A stretch of DNA of 64,000 nt from the human T2T-CHM13v2.0 reference genome, Homo sapiens. Below the pieces are notes generated by a model. The model was not told where the DNA came from and ran no database searches. It saw only the letters and a program-made list of their open reading frames with translations. Positions 29,638-40,553 of this stretch are shown here, in pieces (position 1 is the stretch's first letter; each line of letters opens with the position of its first letter). Location: assembly GCF_009914755.1 (NCBI RefSeq), contig NC_060934.1. The stretch is one strand, 5' to 3'. A program made the position numbers and the translations under genes.

Positions 29638-29890
29638 TTGGGAGGCTGAGGCGGGTGGATCACAAGATCAGGAATTCAACACCAGCCTGGCCAAGATGGT
29701 GAAACCCCGTCTCTACTAAAAATACAAAAAAAATTAGCCAGGCCTGGTGGCGGTTGCCTATAATCCCAGCTACTCAAGAGGCTGAGACAGAGAATTGCTT
29801 GGACCCGGGAGGCGGAGTTTGCAGTGAGCGGAGATCGTGCACTCCAGCCTGGGTGACAGATTGAGACTCCATCTCAAAAAAAAAAAAAAG
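29638..29890 (+). mobile_element. 5-prime-truncated AluS (Sg-like)
   Basis: Starts at ttgggaggctgagg; TSD aagaaagaagaagta / aagaaagaaaaagta. Confidence 0.92.
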
Positions 29891-30301
29891 AAAGAAAAAG
29901 TAGAAAATCAAAGTGTGATGCAGAATAGATTGAATTTTCTTAAAACTGTGTTCACATACATCTGTAGGTATTTAGAAATAGATATAAAAATGAGAAGAAA
30001 TATATGTGAATATTATTAGTATCCTGGTAAAAATAATTATGGTGACTTTTATTTTTATCCTTATACTAGTTTCTTTTTCCTACGTTTTTAAAAATGAATG
30101 TATTATTTTATGATCAGGAAGATATTAGGATATTATTTTAAGTGACAGTAGAACTCAACATGCCAGTCCTGGGGGAGTTAGGCTAGCACTGGGTCTATTT
30201 TTGCCCTATAGTGTTGGGGTTTTCATGGACATGGCTCTGTTGTGGACACTCGAACCCACCAGTAGCATCTGGCATTTGAACTTTTACTCAGTAATGACCC
30301 C

Positions 30302-30749
30302 TGTTATAATTGAACTTTCCCAACACCATTGTGCGTGAAATGATGTGAAAGCTCATTATACAAGCTGGGTCATTCATATCATTCCAAACTAAATCAGAGT
30401 CGAGGGCTGGGGGGGAAACACTCAGGGTAAATAGCACCTGCTCCTAGAATTGCATTTTACACAAGCGTGGCTGAGACCAGCTTTACCTGGTAGCTGCTGA
30501 GATGACCTGTGACCTATTGCTCACTTATCAGAACTTGCCAGCTCCCCAAAGCATCTCTAGTGCCAGTGAGCTTCGTTTCAAAACAGTAGGTAACACTTCT
30601 CTTTCTAATAAATCCCCAGCCTCCCCTTTGTTCTTGGGGCATCCTGAAGACCACCCAGTTGACCTTGATACCCTGACTTGCAGTGCTGTGATTGCCAAAT
30701 AAAACATTCAATCCAGAGACTTGTCTCTATATTTTATTTTGACTTCAAC
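30302..30749 (+). mobile_element. MER34-family ERV1 solo LTR
   Basis: caagctgggtcattc...aactaaatcagagtcgag...actcaggg; internal aataaa; ends ttttgacttcaac. Confidence 0.75.
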
Positions 30750-32724
30750 TATATCAACTGGACTTGAGCCCTGCAAAAGCCAGTCTATATTGTGTTTTAT
30801 TTATAAAACCTAGCCCTTTCATATGCATTTAAGCTCTTCAGGGATATTGTCTAAATATTCATTTTTCAATTATAATTTAAAATACAATTTACTCTTTAAT
30901 TCACCGAAGAACCCAAGGTTCATTATAACACTCAGACCTCTTTCTTTTCCCAATGTAGATACAAACTCTTTAAAAATTCAGTACTGCTGTGCTACTGAAC
31001 CCGAAGTGGTTTATGTTTGTAAGTTTGTTTGATTTTGTCTTACTTTCTGGCTTGCATATTTAATTCTTGGCTGTTTTCTCCATCTCTACAATTAGTGTTC
31101 ACTAGAGAATATATATATAAATCTATATTATGCATAGATAGATAGATAGAACATATATGTCATGCTGAGAACCACATCGCCATGCTAATACGCCAGTATT
31201 TTGAAATCCCATGTATCTACCAAGACACTTAAGTATTAAGTTAGGCTGAAAAAAGCTACAAGCTGTAGTGAAGAAAGACATCTTTCTCTTTGCTCTGTGC
31301 ATGGTGGAATATTGCATAAAACCGGATTTTCAAGAGATCACAGCAAAGCGTCGGCAACCAAAGAAACTTTCATTTTCTGGTGAGTTTCTGAGTTAATCTC
31401 GTTCCCCGCATTCTCCCACCCCACAGCAAAATTAGGAAACAACTCTAGCACAAGGGCAGCCCGGAGACTGAGCCCAGACAGATGGTTAGCAACAGGCCTC
31501 AACGCAGAGCCATGAGGGCAGACCCACAAACAGAGCATTCAGTGAGTGCCTCTCAAAAGCAGGCAATCAGGAGACGCTTAAAATACTGATGAAACAAAAA
31601 ATTCGAAATGTGATGCCTAGTGAAAAGGTTCTTTATTCCAGGTTAGATATATTTTTAACAAGCAATTAGGAAAGATGCATTTCCCTGACAAACTGCATGT
31701 TTAATTTAAAAACAGTCTCTGGACCTCCCCACATCAGCCAGACACACGGCAACGGGATCTCCAGTAACGATGAGAAAGTGGCATTCTAAAAGAAAGGAGA
31801 CTTCATCTTTCAGAGTGTCTTTCCATTTGCTCCCTCAAATTAGTAACGTTTTAATTTGGCTTTCTTTTTTTGGAGTTGATGCACAAGAGTTTATTGGGAA
31901 TTTTGAATTAGAAGCAGATGGGTTTTTCAGCTCAACTTTCCTCCCTTTTCCTGTTATTCTGAAAACAATTCCAGATCATGAGAGCATCTAAGAAGAGACC
32001 ATTTTGGTGCTCAACCAAGATCACATTGTCTAATTATAATACCGTGCAACAAAGTTACTAGGATATAATTTTTCTGGTTAAGTAACTCAGAGTTACTTTT
32101 GTTTTAAGTAATGCTACCTTGAAGAAGTAGTTTTCTTTCACTTTTTCTTTCAATTCTTGTTTTGAATTTGCCAGGCTTTTAAAAAACTACAATGTAATCT
32201 TCTGACATGTGAATATATCATTTACTAAGTTAGATATATGAGTCTTTAATCAAGCTAATCAGCTTTTGCAGGCTATTGGTTAATGAAAATATTGCTTAAT
32301 TACCATGGGCATTTCTATAATAATTTTACTTGGAGAATATTTACAATTTGAGCCATTTGTGTTTTGCCTCTGAGATAATAATTAGCCATTCAAATCCACC
32401 ATTCTGCTTCTATTCCAGTTCGGTGTCATTTTAATGACGCAAATACTTTACAATACACATTATTAAAAGGGGGCAACTGAAAGTAATGAGTTTTTATAAT
32501 GGTGGTGTTCATTCCTAGGCGTATAGGTTTATTTTTTTCTAAGTAATTAATATATGTGTTTGCCCTCTTTTTCTGTATTAGCATTCTGTTACTAAGTAAA
32601 TGAATCTTTACACATCCTCTTTGGATACATAAATATGTAGAAAGACAATACTCCTCTGTCCAAGTTAACAGAGGGTGACCGGAAAATGACGCAGCATGCA
32701 AGATGGCTGCCCTGCCATCTCCAG

Positions 32725-33268
32725 GGTATCAGTCAGGGTTCCCTAGAGGGACAGGACTGATAGGATAGATGCGTGTGTGAAAACGAGTTTATTAAAGAGA
32801 ATTGACTCACATGATCAGAAGGTGAAGTCCCACAACAGGCCGTCTGCAAGCTGAGGAGTAAGGAAGCCAGTTTGAGTCCCAAGACCTCCAAAGCCGGGAA
32901 GCAGACAGTGCAGCCTTTAGTCTGTGGCCTAAGGCCAGACAGCCCCTGGCAAACCACTGGTGTAAGTTCAAGAGTCCAAAGCTGAAGAACTTGGAGTCCA
33001 ATGTTCAAGAGCAGGAAGCACCCAGCACAGGAGAAAGATGGAGGCCAGAAGAATCAGGCAGTCTACTGCTTCTATGTTCTTCTGCCTGTTTCTATTATAA
33101 CCATATTGGCAGCTGATTAGATGGTGCCCACCCAGATTGAGGGTGGGTCTGCCTCTCTCAGTCCACTGACTCAAATGTTAATCTCCTTTGGCAACACCCT
33201 CACAGACACACACAGGAACAATACTTTGCATTCTTCAGTCAAGTTGACACTCAATATTAACCGTCACA
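32725..33268 (-). mobile_element. MLT2A2-like HERV-L solo LTR, full length
   Basis: agtcagggttccctagagggacaggact...cagattgagggtgggtctgcct...caagttgacactcaatattaaccgtcaca; 5-bp TSD tccag/tccac. Confidence 0.9.
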
Positions 33269-34438
33269 TCCACCATCCCACCAGATTGTGTGTTCTCAAA
33301 TCACACAGTTAGGAAATTACAGAATGGCTGTAAACTCCTGATTGTACCATAAGGATATCCAAATTAAATTCCACTGAAAGCTTATAATGATATTGACTGT
33401 GGCCACAGAATTAAGCCTGGATTTGAAACTAGGAGCTTTGCAAATGAAACTATTTTTCTCATATACTATCTGAGTCTATACCAAGTGTACTTGAGGTAAT
33501 ATCTATTGATTGAATGAAGTTGTCCACTGTTGTCAATCAGCCTGGCATGTTGTTTTTATGCATTTTTTAAATAATGCAATGGGCCTCGAGAAATCGCTAT
33601 GCTATCTTCATAGTTGAGGAGGACACTATATGTCCCACCGGAGCAATGAGGCTTCCTGTGCTGAGTTTCCCGCCGTGGTAGTGGTGGTTTCTCCTCCGTT
33701 GGTGTAGGTGGCCCTGGCATGAAGCAAGCAGTCTCTGACTCTCAACCTGATGTTCTTTCCAAGGTGACTTTTGGCCTCCTGAGGGCACCACATTTAATCT
33801 CTTTGCAAACGTCCATGTACATGCTCCTAAGTAAACCCCAGGCATAGCTTCTCTGATGCACAGAATGATTTGATTCTTTTGACAATAGAGGAATGTGGAC
33901 ATTTTGCTTTGCTTTGTTTGGCAGTGTTTTTATTTTGTTAACAGGCTAGAACCTTCAATCTCATACGTGAAGCTACAATCAATAGATGATACTCATACCG
34001 ACCTCTTAAAAAAAAGAAAATGAAGTAATGTATTGACTCCAGCCTAGCAAAGAAACTGTGTGTTTTATTACATTTGGACTGCATCCTCTGGCAAAAAGCC
34101 ATACCACATTTCTGCTGTTTATTTAGGAGGCCTAAACATTGGTGAGGCCAAATACCACACAGAGTAAGCAAAAATAGGACTTATTTATTTATATTTCCTA
34201 ATAGTTATTTATTTCTCAATTCAATACTTCTGAAAAGCAGTCATAATTCTGTGTCCAAAACACTCTGCTTCCCAAGCTCTTGTTCCTCCCCAGTGGTGGA
34301 AGATGAACCTTCCCTCATTGCCTGTTTGGTCTAAGATGCTTGCAAGGGTGTGCAACTCTGTCCATTAATGGCTACATTCCAGGGACTCCCTAGGAGAGGA
34401 CGTGGCCACAAGTCTGAATTGTTGGAAAATGTGATTCT

Positions 34439-34933
34439 TGAAGTCATTATATGAAAAAGATACTTGGACATGCATGTTTATAGCAGCACAATTTGCAACT
34501 GCAAAAATGTGAAACCAGCCCAAATGCCCATCAATCAACCAGTGGATAAAGAAACTGTGGTATGTATATATGATGGAATACTACTCAGCTATAAAAAGAA
34601 ATACATTAATGGCATTCACAGCAACCTGAATGAGATTGGAAACCATTATTCTAAGCAAAGTAACCCAGGAATGGAAAGTCGAACATTGCTTGTTCTCACT
34701 CATAAGTGGGAACTAAGTTATGAGGATGCAAAGGCATAAAAATGACACAGTGGACTTTAGGGGCTCAAAGGGAAAGAGAGAAAAGGGGGAGAGGGATAAA
34801 ATACTACAAATTGTGTGCAGTGTATACTGCTCAGGTGATGGGTACACCAAAATCTCACAAATCACTACTACAAACTTACTCATGTAACCAAACACCACCT
34901 GTTCCCCAATAACCTATGAAAACAAAACAAAAA
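34439..34933 (+). mobile_element. L1PB1-like 3-prime end
   Basis: aagtcattatatgaaaaagatac...tatgaggatgcaaaggcata...ccacctgttccccaataacctatg followed by an A-rich tail. Confidence 0.9.
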
Positions 34934-35957
34934 CCAGGATTGAATTTCTTAGTAGTTTTTCTTGCTTAATTTCTGACAGCCTTTGAGTAAAGAAAAAAAA
35001 ATCTGAAGTTGGTTTAATTCTCAGCATCTGAATATCTCCCCAAACAGAAGGAAATCTGCTGGTGACGTATCTCTTTCCAGACTTACTCGCTGGTGATCCT
35101 TTCCACTCACTGTGCATCCCGATACTGACCTGCCCATTTGGCTTGGCTGTCAACATTTCCTCTTAGAATACACCTTGCATTTTAGTTTTTTAAGAATTTT
35201 ATTATTATTATTTTAATGGAGGCAAGAGAATGTCCTCTTTCACGGTGACACCACAGCACTCTCTAACTCTACAATGCTGCAAAAATAAACTTTGAAGGTG
35301 TCTTTGTGATGTACGCACACCGCTCCCGCCCGTCTCCACCATGTTCCCTGGCCCTCAGTGCCATGTGCGTCTGTCAGTTTTAGAGACACACCTTGTGACT
35401 AGAGATGAAAACTCACGTCCACTGGTGGGAGGGAGCTGAACAGGCCTGGGCAGGGAAGCATGCTTTCAGCATTTGCTCTTTGGAATCCTCTGATTCCATC
35501 AAACCAAGCATCCATTAGCAGATGTGATCTGACCATCCCCTCAAGAGCAACCATAACAGTGAAAGAACCAAATGGAAGATTAAAGCAGAGAAAGTGTGAG
35601 ATATTCTCCTAGATTTCAGAAGCAAAGCGAGGCACTTGTGAGCCGCTAGATCTTCAACTATTAGCTGATTAGAACAGGGAGATATCACCACAGAGATGCG
35701 AACTTATTTAAGGAAACCGTTTGTGCAGTTTCCAGTTTAAAACTAGATTATAATTGATTTTTTTACCTGAACAACTACAAGACGCAAAAGGGAGGATCGT
35801 ATTTAATTAGTATGATTCCTCAATTCTAGATCACACCTTCTATATTATTTCAGTTATGCTAGAAGTGGCCTTTTAGAAAACATTTTGATTTAGTTATATC
35901 TCAGGATGGTAGGTCTTCTTATTTCCTATTTTATTTATCTTAATGCTCTAGAAAGTG

Positions 35958-36263
35958 TTTGTTTGTTTTTGTTTTGTTTTTTGAGACAGGGTCTCACTCT
36001 GTCACCCAGGCTAGACTGCAGTGGTGCCATCACGGCTCGCTACAGTCTTGAACTCCCCAGTTCAAGCAATCCTCCCACCTCACCTTCCCAAGTAGCTGGA
36101 ACTACAAGTGTGTGCCACCACTTTTTTTTTCTAATTTTTAGTAGAGACGGGTTTCTCCATGTTGCCCAGGCTGAACTTGAACTACTGGGCTCAACAGATC
36201 CACTTGCCCCACCTCTGCATTCCAAAGTGCTGGGATTGTAGGCGGGAGCCACCATGTCCAGCT
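35958..36263 (-). mobile_element. AluJ
   Basis: Antisense Alu with J-type features (tgggctcaa, caatcctcccacctca). Confidence 0.92.
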
Positions 36264-37839
36264 GAGGGTGTTTTTTTAAACTATGATTTTTGTGTTTCGT
36301 TGTCTTACTTTGTGTTTGAAATTGAGCATTTATTAATACACCACAATGTACAAACCTACTTTCTGTTAAGGGATTGCATCTTTATTTATTATCTCGCCTT
36401 CTGTATTTACATTATATTCCTTCAACATTAGTGTGAATTACTTGATCAAATAAGCCATACTTCTAATCTTTGGATTGTTCAAGGCACGGAGTATAAAGAG
36501 CTGCTGAGTTCTTCAAGCAGGCAGGAGAAAGAACTATTCATTTAGTATGTGTATTACTTAGAGGCTACCCGCTGAGAGCATTTGAATGAAATGAATAAAG
36601 CTGCACAGAGAAGGGATGGACAGAAGAAGACCAATACAAGGCCAGACCAGGGCATATTCCTACTGGAGTTCCACTTGTGAGGATTTTCAAGTACATGTAT
36701 TTGCAATGACTTTTTAAAGTCTTCATACGTGCTGTTCACATGAAGTTCATGGTTTCTTTTCTAGCGTCCTATGAAGACCTCTCCAAAGTTGTTCAAGTCC
36801 CAAGGTTTCAGCAGAGCACAGTCCATCTCAAACCTGCTCCACTAAGCAAATTCTATCCAATGTAATATGGAAAGTATTTTGAAGATGAAATATGTGCAGA
36901 ACCCTGAAGTAGGTAGTAAGAATCACAAAAATGACTCCAACTTTTATGGAAGATCGTCACTGATTCTAATAGATTCAAATAATTATAAATCAAGTTCACT
37001 CTGGTAAGGGCAAGCATCATGATATCAAGCGATTTAGGTAAAAGTAGGGGGAGAGAAGGCCTTTCTTCTCTCTGGATAGATGTTAGAGAATGATCCTTTG
37101 GGTGGAGGAAGATGAAAACCCTATCTAGAAAGAAAGGTAGGCCGATGGCAGGTGCGCATGGTGAGGAAGCTCAGTTCATCTGAGGAAAACGAATGCAGAG
37201 ACACCGAGGCTGAAAGACACAGGGCCCACGAGTAAAAAGCAACAAGGATTCTCATGCTCCTGAAACATGCCCTGAAATGGACAAAAGATGGCTTGGGAGC
37301 AAGTGCTGAGAAAAGTAGCTTGGAATCAAATTGGAGATTTTTATATAAAGTTAAGAAATGACATTTTCATTTTCAGGCAATGAGAAGCTGCCTACAACAG
37401 CACCTGGTGTTGTTACCTCTTCAGACTGACAGTTCTTCCTTTTCCTGAGAACCCCAAGGGCCTGGCTCACCGCAGCTCCTTCTGTGTTCTGCCCGTCTCT
37501 GCTGAGTTTGCTGTAACAGTTGCCTGCGATGTCACAGTTACGCCATCTGGGTTCTGCAGCTCCGGAAAGAGGGGACAGGATTTTTCTCCAAAGTTTCTTA
37601 TTCATTCATGCAACGAATTGTTCAGAGAGGCACTAGACCAGGTGCTGCAGATGGTGAAGATAAACAAGGCTCCTTCCTTCCTTGAGCCCAGTGTGGAAAA
37701 GAGGTGAGGCGGCACCTGTCCATCCAGCACACGTGCTGAGCACGCAGCAGTAGTGTAGAAGGGCAGGCCCCATGCCGGCTTAGCTTTGAATAATGACAAA
37801 CGTCAATGTCAGGAGAAAGGATCCAGGCTTTACACTGGT

Positions 37840-38110
37840 GTTTGAGCCAAGTACCCATTAATTATTTTCTCGGATCCTCTCCCTTCTCTCACCCTCCCTC
37901 CTCTGACAGGTTCAAGCGTTTCTGTTGCTTTCCCTTTATGTTCATGCATTCTCATCATTTAGCTCCCACTTATAAGTGAGAAAATGCAGTATTTGAGTTT
38001 CTGCATTAGTTTGCTAGGAATAATAGCCTCCAGCTCTATCCATTTTCCTGCAAAGGACATGATCTCATTCTTATTTTATGGCTGCATGGTATTCCATGGT
38101 GTATATGTAC
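37840..38110 (-). mobile_element. L1PA 3-prime UTR fragment with no tail or TSD (probable local copy of 40028-40293)
   Basis: agtacccatta...ttctcatcatttagctcccacttataagtgag...ttccatggtgtatatgtac. Confidence 0.88.
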
Positions 38111-38299
38111 ATGGAATATGTGTATATGTACCAATAACGGTATGGAAAAAGGTAGGGGCAAACTATAATAAAAATATTTTAGGCTTTAAAAAATGTTATT
38201 CATTTCCCAATCCATGGCCATTCTCCAACTTTAAAGTGCAAATAATTACCCGATGGTTCGATTTAAATGCGTATCCTCATTCAGTGAAAACTGTTCAGG

Positions 38300-38845
38300 C
38301 CTGAGAGTCCGCATTTCCGCAGGCTCTCGGGGCTTGGTGCTGCTGCTGGACCACACCTTGAGAAACAGGCTCTGGGACGGGAGAGCTGCGGTGCCGAAGG
38401 AAAGAGGAAAGGTTCCCATGCGGGGCCACAGACTGAGTTTCCTAGACGTGGATCTAAAGCACTGCCGAGTCCCAAAGCATCCTGTGAACCCCGAAATGGT
38501 GCGCCAAGATGGCCACACAGTCTGTGAGCCTCGCCACGGGAGCGGGATTTCCTTCCTCACTGTGAATTCTCTTCTTTCCTACTACGCAGCTTGGGCAAAA
38601 AAGACATTTTACGACACTGGAATCAAGAAACCGACTCCAAGTTGTATTCAAAGCATCCACTTTGTGCTCTGCGTTTTGCCACGTTCCAGTTGTATGTGAG
38701 CTGCAGGGCCGCGGAGCGTGGTGCAGGGGACGGGGTTCATGGAGCTTATGACGGTTTCCCCAGTGGCATTCAGAGCGCAGCCTGGGGCCTCAGCTCCGTC
38801 TTCCCCTCCCCAGCCTCGGGCGTCAATGAAGGCAGCGCTGGCCTG
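38300..38845. promoter_or_regulatory. Small CpG-island-like segment with YY1-like motif
   Basis: About 29 CpGs in ~530 bp (hand count); CAAGATGGCC at 38505-38514; not a recognisable repeat. Confidence 0.55.
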
Positions 38846-38934
38846 TTGCAATCAGACTTCCTCTAGCTCATTTCACCCTTAACTTATCCCACTCTGGATT
38901 TTATTCAGTGCATTTCTATTTTACAGTGGCCTGG

Positions 38935-38939
<5 letters not shown>

Positions 38940-38967
<28 letters not shown>
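38940..38967. repeat. Isolated A28 homopolymer
   Basis: Pure A run with no adjacent Alu or L1 body. Confidence 0.97.
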
Positions 38968-39909
38968 GCACTTTTTTTGTTTGTCTAAATTGCCATTGTA
39001 CATATCATTGTACACCTGTTCCTAGTCATACTCTTATTTTCGTTCCTTAAAACACATTGTAGGGCTCTCTGTGAGTAATAAACATCATTTAAATCTCTTT
39101 ATTTTACATATTCAAAGACAATGATAGGTCTTAAGAAATTAATTGGTATGTCAGTGTGTACATTCCACTTAGTAAACTTCATGTACAAAGATAAACCTTA
39201 CTTTACAAAGTAAATCAAACTGCTTGATTGCTATAAAAACAGTATGGAAAAAGGTAAAGGCAAAATATAATTAAAATGTTTTAGGCTTTAAAAAATGTGA
39301 TTCCTCTCCTCATCCATGGCCAAAATGTGATGAAAATTAAATAGCGGAGGCGAATTTTTATTTTTTGTGGACACTCTATACCTAGCCTGAGCTCATCCCT
39401 AGATCCATTGATTACCTCATGTCTGAATATGTAGCACTTTTAATTTTAGCAATGCTGACAGTTTTTTACAATGGCTGCACAGTTGCCAGATTAAACACTG
39501 AGAATTCATTTGAGTTTTACTGTTGGAGTTTTCCTATTTGGAGTTCAACCAACGGAGATTTACTTGGAATTTTTTGAATGTGTGTGAAATGTAGGAACAG
39601 TTCCTTGCCATCATTGCTTCTTTTGCTTGTCATAGTTGTAATATACATTATCTAATTCAGTATGGTTCAGAATGGAGAGCATCATTGGCTGGGTGGACGC
39701 TTGCTGTTTCTGGAATGGAGTCAGGAAGCTTGTAAGCTGATACGGTGAACGTGCTGAGGGAAAAGGCCACTGCGTTGCATCCAAGTGTGTAGTTATTTTC
39801 CCAAGGTAATGTATTTTGTGCCACATCTAAATCTAATTTAATGTTTAGCTTACCTTCGTGCAGTGTGTATGCCTTTTAAATATACCTTCTTACGTTAGAT
39901 GGTTCAACT

Positions 39910-40553
39910 TTTTATTTTTAACTTTTATTTTAAGTTCAGGGGTACATGTGCCGATTTGTTATATAGATAAACTTGTGTCATGGGGATTTGTTGTACAGAT
40001 TATTTTATCATCCAGGTATTTAGGCTGAGTACCCATTAGTTATTTTCTCTGATCCTATCCCTTCTCTCACCTTCCACCTTCTGATAGGCCCAAGTTTCTG
40101 TTGTTCCCTTCTTTGTCCCCATGTGTTCTCATCATTTAGCTCCCATTTATAAGCAAGGACATGAAGTATTTGATTTTCTGTTTCTGCATTAGGTTGTTAA
40201 GAATAATAGCCTCCAGCTCCATCTATGTTCCAGCAGAGGACATGATCTCATTCTTTTATTTATGGCTGCATAATATTCCATGGTGTATATGTACCACATT
40301 TTCTTTATCCAGTCTATCACTGATGGGCATTTAGGTTGATTCTATGTCTTTGATACTGTGAATAATGCTACAGTGAACATATGTGTGCATGTGTCTTTAT
40401 GGTAGAATGATTTATTTGCCTTTGGGTATATACCTAGCAATGGGAATACTGGTTCAAATGGTAGGTCTTCGAAGCATCGCCATACTGTTTTCCACAATGG
40501 TTAGATGAATTTAGACTCCCATCAACAGTGCACAAGCATTCATTTTTCACCAT
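39910..40553 (-). mobile_element. L1PA (about PA11-PA13) 5-prime-truncated insertion
   Basis: T-rich tail, then aagttcaggggtacatgtg...; TSD agatggttcaact on both sides. Confidence 0.93.

Larger units (their letters stand above)
38136..39322. repeat. 85-bp direct repeat pair (38136-38220 and 39238-39322)
   Basis: Ungapped alignment, 74/85 identical by hand count. Confidence 0.92.

Noticed and set aside
30245-30265. tRNA B-box-like gggttcgag on the minus strand
   Set aside because: No cloverleaf or A box.
33772-33790. CTCF-like tggcctcctgagggcacca
   Set aside because: Mismatch at the conserved A of the core CAG.
38221-38967. CpG-rich segment plus A28 as a processed retrogene, or the 85-bp repeats as LTRs
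   Set aside because: No AATAAA before the A run on the + strand, no TSD, no TG...CA termini or primer-binding site, and the left repeat is better explained as part of the composite templated insertion.
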